Assembly: GCA_938074325.1 (NCBI GenBank)
Contig: CALJFZ010000029.1
Span: 12,292 to 76,291, forward strand
Reading direction: 5' to 3'
Origin: an uncultured Flavobacteriales bacterium
Lineage (GTDB): Bacteria; Bacteroidota; Bacteroidia; Flavobacteriales_D; Sanyastnellaceae
DNA: 64,000 nt
The notes under the pieces were generated by a model. It worked only from the letters and a program-made list of their open reading frames with translations, did no database searches and was not told the origin of the DNA. This document shows, one piece after another, positions 29,307 through 39,536 of the stretch. The first letter of the stretch is position 1; the number at the start of each line of letters is the position of its first letter. A program made the position numbers and the translations under genes.

Positions 29307-31541
29307 TTAGCGCACGACCGTAACAGGGCCAGTGTGCTGGAAGGGGTCCGTGTCGCACACGTGATGGGCATGGAAAATGACGTAGTAGGTACCCTCGCTG
29401 ATTTCAGGGCCTGGCCTCCACCCTTTTCCGGCTTGACTTGTCGCAAACAATTGATTGCCCCAGCGATTGAAAACCTGTAAGTTGTATTGAGTGAACTGCC
29501 CTGGATCAAGCACAGCCAAAGGCTCTCCATCCGGTCCGATCAGGGCTGCTGTCAAGACATCATTCTTCGCGTCATTATTGGCCGAAATCACATTTGGCAC
29601 AACGTAATCAATGCCCAACATGGGCGGCGGCACCTCCGCAACCACCTCCCACGTAGCTTCGATGTCGCAATACGCATTGTACAGGGTAATGGAACCCGTG
29701 AACTCGCCTTCACCAGGGAAATACGTCTCGACCGTTGGCTCGTTTGAGGTGACGATGCCCGGAAAATCCCACGTGATTTCATCTGCACCTTGTCCTAAGT
29801 ACTGCAACAAGGTGAAACCCGTTTCTTCGCACATCGAGAGCGGCTGTACAGTCCAAACCGTATCGAAGGGCAGCACCGGGAGCACAGTCACCTCTTGCAT
29901 TTGGGTATCCGGACATTCTGTTCCAGCACCTGCAGTTAACGTGACTCCGTAGGTACCATAGGCCGGATACGTGAACGATGGGCTTGCCTCAGCGTTGGGT
30001 AAACCGGCGCCACCTCCAAAATCCCATGAAAACGGCCCGCTCTCCGGAGAGAGGTTTTCGAAACTTACCTCAAGGCCTGAGCATGGCTCGGAAACCACTA
30101 CAAAAGAAGCTTCCGGTAATGGCGGAAGGTCAAAGGCTATAGAAGCATTGTTCTGGCATCCAAAAGCATCTGATTCCAGGGTCACGAAAATACTTTCATC
30201 TTGGGGAAACCAGACTTCGCTAGGGTGCTGATTGTTCAACTGAGCAGGCATGGAATTGCCCCCAAAATCCCATTGGTAATCGATGTAGTCCGTCCACGCG
30301 GAAGTATCCAACACCAGCTGGCCCGACCAACCCCCGTCGGCACAACTCAAATCAATGACATCAAACTCGGTATCCCACGGATCGTGCGCAATCACTTCAA
30401 AAAAGAGCGAATCAGCGCATGTGCCCGTTTCAAAGTACAAACTCACATCGTAGACACCGGGTTCGTCGTAGGTAAACGTAGGCTCCGCTTCAATGCTCAC
30501 ATCATCGACCGTGCCTTCCACGCCAAAGTCCCACGTGTAGGACTCGCTGGGGTTCGAAAACTGCTCGAACGTCGCCGTCATGCCGGTGCACGGCTCCGGG
30601 GCGTCGTAACCGGGCGACAAGATGTTGCACGTCACCACGTCCAAAGTGAAGTCCCGTAAGATGGATCCGATGGGCAACCCGTTACGCCATTCCGTCACAC
30701 AAATACCCAAGGCGAACTTCCCGACCAGGTTGGGCGTACCGGTCAACACTCCCGTGACAGGGTTGATGTCCAATCCCGCTAGCGCACCCAATGGATCTGG
30801 GGCGTTGAAACCGTTGGCCCACCCCACATCCGTAAACGGCGGACCTGTTGGCGGGTTGGGAATGGGCGACAGGTAGGTCCCTCCCAGGTAGATCGAACAC
30901 AGCGAATAGCTCAAGGAATCACCGTCTGCATCCTCAGCACCGTTGTTTAATTGAAACGGGTAGTTGTTGCAGACGAACGCCTGCGGCAACTCTGAAAATT
31001 CAGGCGACGAATTCGGATTGCTCAGGGTGGTGCTAGCGGGAATGGTCGTCGTCAAGGTGAAGCCTTGATCTTGTGGGTTGTCCAAATTGGTGATGGCCGG
31101 GGACCGACAGCAACGCTGATGGACCAACGTATAGGGCTGCTGACTCGGGTCTAGTGCGACATTCACAATGTACTCTGCCCGCTCGATGCACAGGTCTTCC
31201 GGTAAGAATGCGCAGTTATTTGGGTTTTGGGGAATGACATCGGTGACCAAACTGAAATCCAAATTCCCAGATACAGTAGTAATCAGGCTTGTGCCTTGGT
31301 AGACTCCGATTGCCGCTGTGAGGTCGAAGCCCGTTCCGTTCGTATTGGCAGAACTGCAATCCCGGTAGATGTAGCAATGCACCTCAAATTCATTTTGTCC
31401 GGCGGCATTCGTCCCCATGTAGACGTACGTCAATTCGCCTCCCACCAAATGGGTTGCCTGAACTCCATTGGTGTGGACCAATCCAGCAGCAAGGGCAAGC
31501 AGATATGTTAGGCGCTTCAACAGGATCATGACAAAGGGCAA
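29307..31541 (-). CDS. PKD-domain protein with gliding-motility (T9SS type B) C-terminal domain
   Basis: ATHLVGGELTY N-terminus, YRDC, WDFG PKD repeats and PNVISANND.KND...VFNRWG...GTYY. Confidence 0.88.
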   Translation of the reverse strand: MPFVMILLKRLTYLLALAAGLVHTNGVQATHLVGGELTYVYMGTNAAGQNEFEVHCYIYRDCSSANTNGTGFDLTAAIGVYQGTSLITTVSGNLDFSLVTDVIPQNPNNCAFLPEDLCIERAEYIVNVALDPSQQPYTLVHQRCCRSPAITNLDNPQDQGFTLTTTIPASTTLSNPNSSPEFSELPQAFVCNNYPFQLNNGAEDADGDSLSYSLCSIYLGGTYLSPIPNPPTGPPFTDVGWANGFNAPDPLGALAGLDINPVTGVLTGTPNLVGKFALGICVTEWRNGLPIGSILRDFTLDVVTCNILSPGYDAPEPCTGMTATFEQFSNPSESYTWDFGVEGTVDDVSIEAEPTFTYDEPGVYDVSLYFETGTCADSLFFEVIAHDPWDTEFDVIDLSCADGGWSGQLVLDTSAWTDYIDYQWDFGGNSMPAQLNNQHPSEVWFPQDESIFVTLESDAFGCQNNASIAFDLPPLPEASFVVVSEPCSGLEVSFENLSPESGPFSWDFGGGAGLPNAEASPSFTYPAYGTYGVTLTAGAGTECPDTQMQEVTVLPVLPFDTVWTVQPLSMCEETGFTLLQYLGQGADEITWDFPGIVTSNEPTVETYFPGEGEFTGSITLYNAYCDIEATWEVVAEVPPPMLGIDYVVPNVISANNDAKNDVLTAALIGPDGEPLAVLDPGQFTQYNLQVFNRWGNQLFATSQAGKGWRPGPEISEGTYYVIFHAHHVCDTDPFQHTGPVTVVR

Positions 31542-31604
31542 CCACGCCTTTTAAAGCGCAGTACTCAGCAATGTACAACATTGCTTGGGATGACCGAAAG
31601 CGAA

Positions 31605-31612
31605 TACCTTTG
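31605..31612 (+). promoter_or_regulatory. Sigma70 -7 element with leaderless spacing
   Basis: TACCTTTG-tacc-ATG(31617). Confidence 0.7.
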
Positions 31613-31616
31613 TACC

Positions 31617-33104
31617 ATGTTGCACTGGACGCGTTCTATCATTCGATTATTTGGGCTGCTCGGGCTCGTTGTTGCCTCAGATACTCAGGGTCAAAGCCCG
31701 ATTTCGTGCGACGTCCTTCGATTCCCTGGAACGGGAACCGCCTTCTTGGAGGTCCAAGTAGATTTTGACAGCCGACTCTTCGCAGCATCCAAAGAGGAAG
31801 ACGGCTGGAGCACGCATGTTCAGCTTGAAGCAGTTGTAGAATCGGCACAGGGGATTGTCAACTATGGCAAGACAAATATCACTGGTCCACTTGCAGCGGA
31901 TTCTACCCAAGCCGTTAACGGACGGCAACTTCACCTGGAACGTATTTCGGTACCTGGCGGGACATACAATGTTCAAATCACGCTTCGCGACGTCTCAGGC
32001 AACAGCACGTTTTCCGAGTCGACGTCGATTCCCGTTCAATTCTTCGACACCGAATCGCCCAGCTTTTCGGATCCTTTTGTGGTAGAAGCCTTTGCCCCTT
32101 CCATTGAAGGCCAGCCCTCCATGCTTTCGCGCTCAGGTTATGAAATGTTGCCCCTGGTTCCTGCTGAACTCTCTACCGAAGCGAGCAAACTTCAATTCTA
32201 CACGGAATTGTATCGGGTCAATGAAGTTGTCGATTCGTTGTTCCTGCTGCAATGCTGGCTGGAGGACGAGTCGGGGCTCGTGATTCCCTCCACACGGAGG
32301 TTTTTCCGAAAGAACGCCGCCCCAACACTGCCTGTATTCACCTCCCTTCCACTGGAAAACGTACGGGAAACACAAAGGGCCAGTTTGGTCATCCAGGCAT
32401 TGACACGCGAGAATGAATTGATCGCAGAAAATCGATTGCCTCTCCAATTCGTTGAACCCAATTCAGCGCTTGCACTGGCTGATTTTGGCAGTCAGCTGCC
32501 TGCCTACCTAGCTGCATTCACGGATTCCTTGACGCTTTTTCAACACATTCGCGATCACCACCCCAAGGCCGACGCATCCCAACGCAAGACCATCGATGGC
32601 TTTCTCGAAACGGCGACTGTAGCGCAAATGCAGGCCTTTTTGGCTTACTTCTGGGAAGAGCAGGCACCTAATGATCCAGAGGCGGGGTGGCGCACATACA
32701 CGACTGCCATCGCTTACGCCGATTCCGCGTACGGCGCCTGCCGACAAGGACATGGAGCCGAAACAGACATGGGCTACATCTACCTCCGGTACGGACCTCC
32801 GAATACCATTGTGAAGCGACACAACGAAACCGACTACTACCCTTACGAGATTTGGCATTACCATCGAGCGGGGCCTTTCACCAACAAACGGTTCCTGTTC
32901 TTTTCACCGCACATGGTGGCTGAGTGCTTCACATTGCTGCATTCCGATATGCTGGGCGAAGTGTCCAACACCGACTGGCTGCAAATTTTAAGAAGCCGCG
33001 AAAATCCTTTGCGGGTCACAAGCAGCCAACTGAACCGACTGAATCCACGACGCGACACGTTCTCGGGAGAAGAACCTGAGGATCTCTTTTTCAATCCCAG
33101 ATGA
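31617..33104 (+). CDS. GWxTD domain-containing exported protein
   Basis: FW...P, GAETDMGYIYLRYGPP and PYEIWHY motifs; signal peptide from ATG 31617. Confidence 0.8.
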   Translation: MLHWTRSIIRLFGLLGLVVASDTQGQSPISCDVLRFPGTGTAFLEVQVDFDSRLFAASKEEDGWSTHVQLEAVVESAQGIVNYGKTNITGPLAADSTQAVNGRQLHLERISVPGGTYNVQITLRDVSGNSTFSESTSIPVQFFDTESPSFSDPFVVEAFAPSIEGQPSMLSRSGYEMLPLVPAELSTEASKLQFYTELYRVNEVVDSLFLLQCWLEDESGLVIPSTRRFFRKNAAPTLPVFTSLPLENVRETQRASLVIQALTRENELIAENRLPLQFVEPNSALALADFGSQLPAYLAAFTDSLTLFQHIRDHHPKADASQRKTIDGFLETATVAQMQAFLAYFWEEQAPNDPEAGWRTYTTAIAYADSAYGACRQGHGAETDMGYIYLRYGPPNTIVKRHNETDYYPYEIWHYHRAGPFTNKRFLFFSPHMVAECFTLLHSDMLGEVSNTDWLQILRSRENPLRVTSSQLNRLNPRRDTFSGEEPEDLFFNPR

Positions 33105-34168
33105 CTTCGAACACTTCCCACCGTGTAGCCGTCGTCATACTCAATTGGAACGGTCAACAGCACCTTGCCACCTACCTTCCTTCAGTTGTTGAACACTCAA
33201 CGGGTGCTGATGTGGTGGTGATTGACAACGGAAGCACCGATGACTCCGTGGATTGGCTCCGAAAGGATCATCCCAATGTGCGCATCATCACCTTGGAAGA
33301 AAACCTCGGTTTCGCCGGTGGATACAACGAAGGATTGAAGCAGGTGGAAGCGGACATTTTTGTCTTGTTAAACAGCGACGTTCGCGTCACTCCCAACTGG
33401 ATTGCCCCTGTCCTTGAGGCCATGCAATCCGAGGGATACGTAGCTTGCCAACCGCTAATCCGCAACGAATCAGACCCGGACCTCTTTGAGTACGCCGGGG
33501 CTGCCGGCGGGCACATCGATAAAAACGGTTTCACCTTTTGTGCTGGCCGAATCTTTGAAGTCTTCGAGAGCGACGAAGGTCAGTACAGCCAAAACAGAGA
33601 AGTTTTTTGGGCTTCGGGCGCATCGCTTTTCATTCAAGCTGATGCTTGGAAGGAAGTGGGTGGCTTGGACAGCGATTTTTTCGCGCACATGGAAGAAATC
33701 GACTTGTGTTGGCGCCTAAAAAACAGGGGCCACAAAGTGGGGGTTTGCGGAGGTTCCGTGGTGTACCATTTGGGCGGGGGAACGCTGCAAAAAATCAGCC
33801 CGTTCAAATCCTATCTCAATTTCAGAAACAACTTGTATTTGCTGGTCAAGAACGACCACAAAAAAGCGTTGTATCCCATGGTATTTCGGCGTATGGTGCT
33901 CGATGGGATTGCGGCCTTGAAATTTCTATTGGAAGGGTCAACGTCACTGTTTGGGGCTGTTTGGAAAGCACACCGCGATTTTCGCGGCAATTTCAAAACG
34001 ATGAAAGAACGCCGTTCCCACGAAATCCAAGCATGTAAAAACACTGCCTCACAGGTGCCCTACAACGAAGCTGGACGCTACCAGGGCAGCATCATTGTGG
34101 ACTATTTCCTGCGTGGAAAGCAAACGTTCGATCAATTGAACCAAGAGCAATTCATCCGCCGCAGGTAA
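33101..34168 (+). CDS. Glycosyltransferase family 2 protein
   Basis: VVILNWNG, IDNGSTD, NLGFAGGYN, LLNSD, FEYAGAAGG and HMEEIDLCWR. Confidence 0.92.
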   Translation: MTSNTSHRVAVVILNWNGQQHLATYLPSVVEHSTGADVVVIDNGSTDDSVDWLRKDHPNVRIITLEENLGFAGGYNEGLKQVEADIFVLLNSDVRVTPNWIAPVLEAMQSEGYVACQPLIRNESDPDLFEYAGAAGGHIDKNGFTFCAGRIFEVFESDEGQYSQNREVFWASGASLFIQADAWKEVGGLDSDFFAHMEEIDLCWRLKNRGHKVGVCGGSVVYHLGGGTLQKISPFKSYLNFRNNLYLLVKNDHKKALYPMVFRRMVLDGIAALKFLLEGSTSLFGAVWKAHRDFRGNFKTMKERRSHEIQACKNTASQVPYNEAGRYQGSIIVDYFLRGKQTFDQLNQEQFIRRR

Positions 34169-34231
34169 AGAAGCTGGCCGCACTGATAATTTCATCCCTC
34201 AACCAAGGCAGCCACCGGTGAATTTCGCCGA

Positions 34232-36028
34232 GTGAACTCCTACCAACCAGTCGCAACGCCGCTCATGCCGATGGTGGCTTTGCTTTGGGCAGGATGCATG
34301 CAGCACTGGGTAATTGCAGGTCTCGGGGTCTTTTGCGCATGCTTGGGTTTTCGGCGACGACCGATGCAACAAACGTTGGCTTTGGCCATGGTGTTGACGG
34401 GTTGGGTGGCCCAAAGCCTGTACATCCACTACCACCCCCATTTGACAGTGCCGCTGACCAATCATTGGTCATGCCAACCCGCCCCGAGCCGCAGCGCAAT
34501 CCAATTGTTGGAATGCAGGAACGAAGACGCGCTCACTTATGTCGTGGAATGGAAAGAAAAAGAGCATCCAGCCCCACAACCATTCGTTGGGACATTGTGG
34601 CCGCTTCGATCATCGCATCCATCGCTGGTGAGGTGGAAACGCAGGCATGGTATTGAAGGAGTGCTTCGTCCTACAGTCGATTTTTGCCCTTCGGCCGCAT
34701 CACCGAACACCCCGAATGACGCGAAAGCCTGGCTTTGGCATCGGCTTCAAAATCACTTTTCAGGGGAGGTGCCTGGTTTGCTGTTTGCCATAACAAGTGG
34801 GGATAAACAACACCTGACTAAATCGCTCAAACAAACGCTCAACCATGCCGGTCTGTCGCACCTCATGGCGGTCAGTGGCTACCATGTCGGACTGGTCGCC
34901 AGTTTGGCGGTTTTCCTATTGAGACGCCGCAAACAAGGGCTCCGCTGGTTAGGGGGCATCGGGTTGTTCGGGGCCTGGGCCTTCATTGCATTCTGCGGCT
35001 GGCCTGATTCGGCCGTACGCGCTGGTGCGATGCTCACTTTCTTTGGTATTTCTCAGATCTCACGTTCCAATCAGCCGGCGGAACATGCATTGGCATTGGC
35101 AGGTTGGTGGATGTTATTGTGTGACCCTGCCCGATCGGTTGATTTGGGAATGCAGTTGAGCTTCTTGGCAGTGCTTGCCATTCTTACCACCATTCGGGTG
35201 CTTCAACGATGCGGCAAGTCAAATCCCGTCTGGATGTACCTACTCATCCCAATCAGTGCACAATGGGGCACCGGACTGGTGGCCTGGCCGCAATTTCAAT
35301 TGTTCCCAGTGCATTTTCTATGGTTCAACTTATTGGCCCCACCCATGATGATGGTGATTGGAATGATGATTGCCACCATGCTTATTTGCGAGGCCGTACT
35401 CGGCACCTCTTGTTGGATGGAACCCGCGACGCACGCCCTCGATCGTGCCCTCCTGTGGGTGTTGGAGGGAATGAAGCACTTGCAAGGGCCCGGTTGGACC
35501 TTGAACTTGGAACGGGCCGACCCCGAATTGTTGGTAGCGTTCAGCTTGTTGTTCTGGGCTGGCGGGCTTTCGTTAGTCCATGCGAGAATCGAGCTCTGGC
35601 GTGCCTTCCGGTGCATCGGAGCCGGTATTGCCTGCATTGTACCTCTGCTCGCATGGCAGTTAGAGCACCGAATCCAATTGTCGTATCGTTACGGCATGGT
35701 GTTGCAAGGGGAAAGAAAGGCGGGAGTTATTTGGACTGAAAACAAGCGCGACAGCGCTGCAATCGCTCGAAAAAGGGCCAGAGCCAATGATGCGCCCGGA
35801 ATGTCCCATGTGCTGTCGAATGGAATTTACCAGAAGGCATCAACCGGTGATTGGATGCTGTCCTTCCAAACGGGTTCAGGCATTGGGCAACAAAAAAACC
35901 GCCCGATCGCTTGGAAACGAACGGGCGGCTCTAAAATGCGTTTTGTTCTTGAATCGGATACCGTTGAACTCGAACAATGGGCAGAAGCTTCCGTGTTGGA
36001 CCTCAGTTCAAATGAAGGAGGTTGGTGA
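34232..36028 (+). CDS. comEC: ComEC/Rec2 family competence protein (divergent, no MBL domain seen)
   Basis: GLSHLMAVSGYHVG, S.VRA and G.QLSF motifs with many TM segments. Confidence 0.78.
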   Translation: MNSYQPVATPLMPMVALLWAGCMQHWVIAGLGVFCACLGFRRRPMQQTLALAMVLTGWVAQSLYIHYHPHLTVPLTNHWSCQPAPSRSAIQLLECRNEDALTYVVEWKEKEHPAPQPFVGTLWPLRSSHPSLVRWKRRHGIEGVLRPTVDFCPSAASPNTPNDAKAWLWHRLQNHFSGEVPGLLFAITSGDKQHLTKSLKQTLNHAGLSHLMAVSGYHVGLVASLAVFLLRRRKQGLRWLGGIGLFGAWAFIAFCGWPDSAVRAGAMLTFFGISQISRSNQPAEHALALAGWWMLLCDPARSVDLGMQLSFLAVLAILTTIRVLQRCGKSNPVWMYLLIPISAQWGTGLVAWPQFQLFPVHFLWFNLLAPPMMMVIGMMIATMLICEAVLGTSCWMEPATHALDRALLWVLEGMKHLQGPGWTLNLERADPELLVAFSLLFWAGGLSLVHARIELWRAFRCIGAGIACIVPLLAWQLEHRIQLSYRYGMVLQGERKAGVIWTENKRDSAAIARKRARANDAPGMSHVLSNGIYQKASTGDWMLSFQTGSGIGQQKNRPIAWKRTGGSKMRFVLESDTVELEQWAEASVLDLSSNEGGW

Positions 36029-36257
36029 TGACTTGATCGACATAGCCCTCCCATTCCGGCAAATCTGCTATGGGCAGGATGGCATTGACGCGGTTGTTAC
36101 GTCGGCTGTAAATGGCCTCAACGTAGAAGCCGTTCAACTCGAAGATGCACAGGATGTATCGGTTTTCCACGATGCGTTGTGCCAAGCACACCCCATGATC
36201 CCACATATAATTTGTTTTCTCGTCGAGGGGAAGTCGGTTGAAAGCTGTCAAGTCCAT
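36003..36257 (-). CDS. Small conserved Bacteroidota hypothetical protein (84 aa)
   Basis: ATG 36257: MDLTAFNRL...W.HGV.L...FYVEAIY. The pattern resembles a widespread Bacteroidota family (recognised from memory). Confidence 0.7.
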   Translation of the reverse strand: MDLTAFNRLPLDEKTNYMWDHGVCLAQRIVENRYILCIFELNGFYVEAIYSRRNNRVNAILPIADLPEWEGYVDQVITNLLHLN

Positions 36258-36333
36258 TTTGGTATATACTAGAGGTAAATTCGTAGGCACTCTTACGGCA
36301 TTCACCGAAAAAAGGTTGCGAGTTGAATTCGAT

Positions 36334-36341
36334 TAACTTTG
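36334..36341 (+). promoter_or_regulatory. Sigma70 -7 element with leaderless spacing
   Basis: TAACTTTG-attc-ATG(36346). Confidence 0.7.
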
Positions 36342-36345
36342 ATTC

Positions 36346-37209
36346 ATGACTTCTGTTCAGCTCATCGAGTGCCCACGTGATGCAATCCAAGGCTGGCCAG
36401 TTCCCGTTTCGACAGCCGATAAAATCGCTTACTACAAGGCGCTGCTCGATGTGGGGTTCCACACATTGGATATAGGCAGTTTTGTTTCGCATAAAGCGGT
36501 ACCCCAGATGAAAGACACCCGCGCCGTCCTAAACGCATTGGACGACGAAGGGAAATTCGAATGCGACACCCGCGTACTGGTCATCACAGCCAACGCAAGA
36601 GGAGCAAAAGATGCCGTGGCCGCGCCGGGCGTTACCCACATTGGTTTTCCCCTGAGCATCTCAAACACATTCCAACTGCGCAACACTGGCGCAGACATTG
36701 AACGTGCTTGGGAACGTCTACAGGCGATTCGCGCCATCGCAGAAAGCGGCCAAATGAAATTGGTTGTGTACTTAAGTATGGGATTCGGAAATCCTTATGG
36801 CGACGCCTGGAGTACAGGATTGATTCAAGAATGGGTGGGGAAGCTGGACGAGCACATCGCGCCCGAAGTCATAGCCTTGAGCGATACCATTGGCAATGCA
36901 TCGGCCAATTTGGTCAACGAGGTATTTACCGAAACACTTGCCCAAGCTCCCAAAGCCATGATCGGCGCTCACTTGCATGCAGGGCCATTGGATGCCAAAT
37001 CAAAAATTCAAGCTGCCTGGGACGCAGGATGCCGAAGGTTCGATGGGGCATTAGGAGGCGTTGGGGGCTGCCCCATGGCACAAGACGACTTGATCGGCAA
37101 CCTGCCCACAGAAAGGTTGGTTGAATTTCTAAAATTAAAGGCAGGACTGCAGCTGAATGAACGTGCTTGGAACCAAGCCCAAAGCTTCGCTGTCGATTTG
37201 TTTCAATGA
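36346..37209 (+). CDS. Hydroxymethylglutaryl-CoA lyase
   Basis: ECPRDAIQG, SFVS.KAVPQM, LSDTIG, HLH and GGCPMA. Confidence 0.9.
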   Translation: MTSVQLIECPRDAIQGWPVPVSTADKIAYYKALLDVGFHTLDIGSFVSHKAVPQMKDTRAVLNALDDEGKFECDTRVLVITANARGAKDAVAAPGVTHIGFPLSISNTFQLRNTGADIERAWERLQAIRAIAESGQMKLVVYLSMGFGNPYGDAWSTGLIQEWVGKLDEHIAPEVIALSDTIGNASANLVNEVFTETLAQAPKAMIGAHLHAGPLDAKSKIQAAWDAGCRRFDGALGGVGGCPMAQDDLIGNLPTERLVEFLKLKAGLQLNERAWNQAQSFAVDLFQ

Positions 37210-37237
37210 AAAATGCCCCAATTTTTCAATTGAGGCA
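37209..37237 (-). terminator. Intrinsic terminator (minus strand, possibly bidirectional)
   Basis: Minus strand reads TGCCTCAATT-GAAA-AATTGGGGCA-TTTTT. Confidence 0.75.
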
Positions 37238-37327
37238 GTATTCAAATAGATTGACGTCAAAGCGGTGACGGTGCAAGTAGATCTGTTCAAACTTGTGGAT
37301 GTCGATGTGGATACGATAGTGTTTCAT
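37226..37327 (-). CDS. Candidate 33-aa His-rich small protein MKHYRIHIDIHKFEQIYLHRHRFDVNLFEYCLN
   Basis: Translated by hand. The ATG-to-TGA ORF fills the gap after the ZIP gene and ends in the terminator. It is below the ORF-track length cutoff. Confidence 0.5.
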   Translation of the reverse strand: MKHYRIHIDIHKFEQIYLHRHRFDVNLFEYCLN

Positions 37328-37384
37328 GAGCGTGGTTAAGTGCTCATTTGTACGTATTCGTCTAGAAAAAGTTTCGTTTTGTCG

Positions 37385-38161
37385 TTAAATTCCCGTCGTG
37401 AGCACTGCCAAGACCAAGCCCGCGATGGTCGCGACCAACTTGTTCCTGTTGAACCGGTGACCGTCCCCTGCCTCGAATAAGATGGTGGTACTGATGTGCA
37501 GGAGAATACCTATCAAGATGCCGCCTGACCAGACAGGAACATTGGCACTCCATGCAGCTCCCGAATGAAGAAGCACATCGTATAGCAACATGCCGATGAT
37601 GGGCATGAGTCCAAAGGTCAACATGGCCAACCACCGATGCGCCCGTTTGATGCCCAATGCGTCCAACATCCCCATCAAGACCAAGGCCACTGGGAACTTA
37701 TGCAATATCAAACCAATCATGAGCGCCATGTCCACACCCTCTATGCCGTGCAAATGCACATGACCGTGGTGATCGTGACCGTGATCATGCCCATGGCCGT
37801 GCTCATCGCCGTGGAGAGGCATCGATTCAATCAATGCGTGCAAGCAGAGGCTCGCAAACATGGCCCATGGCATGCGCGCTGAACCTGTGTGCTCATGATG
37901 ATGCAGGTGGCCGTGTTCAATGCCTTGGGAACCGTATTCCAATATGCCCTGCAGCAAGAACCCCAAAACCACAATCCAACCAACATTGCTACCCATGGCG
38001 TAGGTTTCTGGGACCAAGTGATTGAAAATAAGGCCAATCAAAAAGGCGCCTCCGAATGCCAAAATCAGGCTGAGATGTTCCTTCAGGTAGTTACCGAAAC
38101 GGTCATAAGCACCCGCACCTAAGAGCGCGATCGCCAGCAATATGAGTCCTGCTAACCACAT
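37385..38161 (-). CDS. ZIP family metal transporter
   Basis: HLVPE, GIEHGH, HALIE, LHKFP and LHISTTILFE motifs, with His-rich loops. Confidence 0.9.
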   Translation of the reverse strand: MWLAGLILLAIALLGAGAYDRFGNYLKEHLSLILAFGGAFLIGLIFNHLVPETYAMGSNVGWIVVLGFLLQGILEYGSQGIEHGHLHHHEHTGSARMPWAMFASLCLHALIESMPLHGDEHGHGHDHGHDHHGHVHLHGIEGVDMALMIGLILHKFPVALVLMGMLDALGIKRAHRWLAMLTFGLMPIIGMLLYDVLLHSGAAWSANVPVWSGGILIGILLHISTTILFEAGDGHRFNRNKLVATIAGLVLAVLTTGI

Positions 38162-38928
38162 GAGATTTTTCGAGCGACAAGTATACTACGCGGAGTGTCA
38201 GGGCTCCAAGGATTGAGTTCATAATCACCGAAATGCCCCTGCACCTCCCAGCCTTTTTCGGTGAAAATATTTTGCCATACCGATGGAGCAATGGACCGAA
38301 CGCGTTCCACGTGGTGCTGTGGCGCTCCTTGTTCATCCGTGTACTGAATGCTCTTCTCGATCCAACCAGGAACCATCCGTCTGTGAATGTGAAAGGTGTA
38401 CCCCCCCACTTCCTTGATTTCTTCGGGAACCAATTGCTTGCGAACCCTTTCCGGATTGAGAAAATCCAACGCAAAAACCCCTCCCTCCTGCAACACATGG
38501 TTCACACCAGACAAGGTATTCTCTAATCCCCCTTCCTCTTGGAAGTAGCCGATGCTCGTAAACAACGAGAACACCGCACCAAAGCTGTCCTCAGGAAAAA
38601 GGGACGTAATGTTTCGCATGTCTCCTTGAACGAAGTTCAAGCCATTGGATCCGCTTTGATAGCTTCGTCGAGCAGTTTCAATGCTGTTGGCACTCAAATC
38701 CAAGCCCGTTGTATCGAAGCCGAGTCGATTGAGGGAGGCGGCATGGCGGCCGGCACCGCACCCCATGTCCATCACGCGATCACCTGGGTTCAGGACGCAT
38801 TGAGCCAGGCGTGCGATGAAGGCCTCTGCCTCGCTTTCATCCCGATTTCCATATAGCGCATGGTAAGCCGGCGTGTTAAACCAGGTTGCGAACCAATTCG
38901 CATCGCTTTTCCACAACTCCGTCATCAT
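38152..38928 (-). CDS. Class I SAM-dependent methyltransferase
   Basis: DMGCGAGRH, GLDLS, GDMR and LFTSIGYF. Confidence 0.9.
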   Translation of the reverse strand: MMTELWKSDANWFATWFNTPAYHALYGNRDESEAEAFIARLAQCVLNPGDRVMDMGCGAGRHAASLNRLGFDTTGLDLSANSIETARRSYQSGSNGLNFVQGDMRNITSLFPEDSFGAVFSLFTSIGYFQEEGGLENTLSGVNHVLQEGGVFALDFLNPERVRKQLVPEEIKEVGGYTFHIHRRMVPGWIEKSIQYTDEQGAPQHHVERVRSIAPSVWQNIFTEKGWEVQGHFGDYELNPWSPDTPRSILVARKISCG

Positions 38929-38981
38929 TACTCGTGCAGCTTCTGCGCGCTAAGTTCGGGGTTGTGACTTTATTTTGATGT

Positions 38982-39536
38982 ATGTCCGGAGCCCTTCCTT
39001 CCGATCAAAGCAAGACTGCTGCACATTTCCCTGCAAGCGGCAAGGCATCTGTTCAAGTAGAGCTCGAGTGGAATGGCCCGATCAAAGACCAAACCACGCA
39101 CTTCATCATGGAGTGGATGGAAAACCGTCTGGATCAATTGTCTTCTCCGGGGCTGCTCAAAAAGCGCATGGTTCGTGTGGCCGTGGAGTTGCTTCAGAAC
39201 ATGCACCACCATTCAGCAATTGGCCACGAGAGCGCCAAATTCGAAGTTCGCTCAGTCAACGGAACACATTGGCTTCTTGTCACCAAAAATGCGTTGTCTT
39301 CAGATAAAGCAGAGGCCTTACGGCAAACATGGCAAGACCTCAAGTCCATGTGCAATGAGGAACTGCGCACCATGCAACGCGAAAAAATCGCAAGCAAACA
39401 ACGCAGTGCACACGGTGGTGGTGGTGTAGGATTGAACGAAATCTTACGGAAAGCTGCTGGACACGTCACCATGGAAATCAATCACCAGGCGAACGACGCA
39501 TATGTCACGTTCACCGCTGAAATCCCAATACGATAA
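38982..39536 (+). CDS. SiaB family protein kinase (DUF6272-like, GHKL fold)
   Basis: VELLQN N-box and GGGGVGL.EI.RK G-box; coupled to a SiaC gene. Confidence 0.75.
   Translation: MSGALPSDQSKTAAHFPASGKASVQVELEWNGPIKDQTTHFIMEWMENRLDQLSSPGLLKKRMVRVAVELLQNMHHHSAIGHESAKFEVRSVNGTHWLLVTKNALSSDKAEALRQTWQDLKSMCNEELRTMQREKIASKQRSAHGGGGVGLNEILRKAAGHVTMEINHQANDAYVTFTAEIPIR

Noticed and set aside
34232..36028. comEC as a pseudogene
   Set aside because: The frame is intact and the core competence-domain motifs are present.
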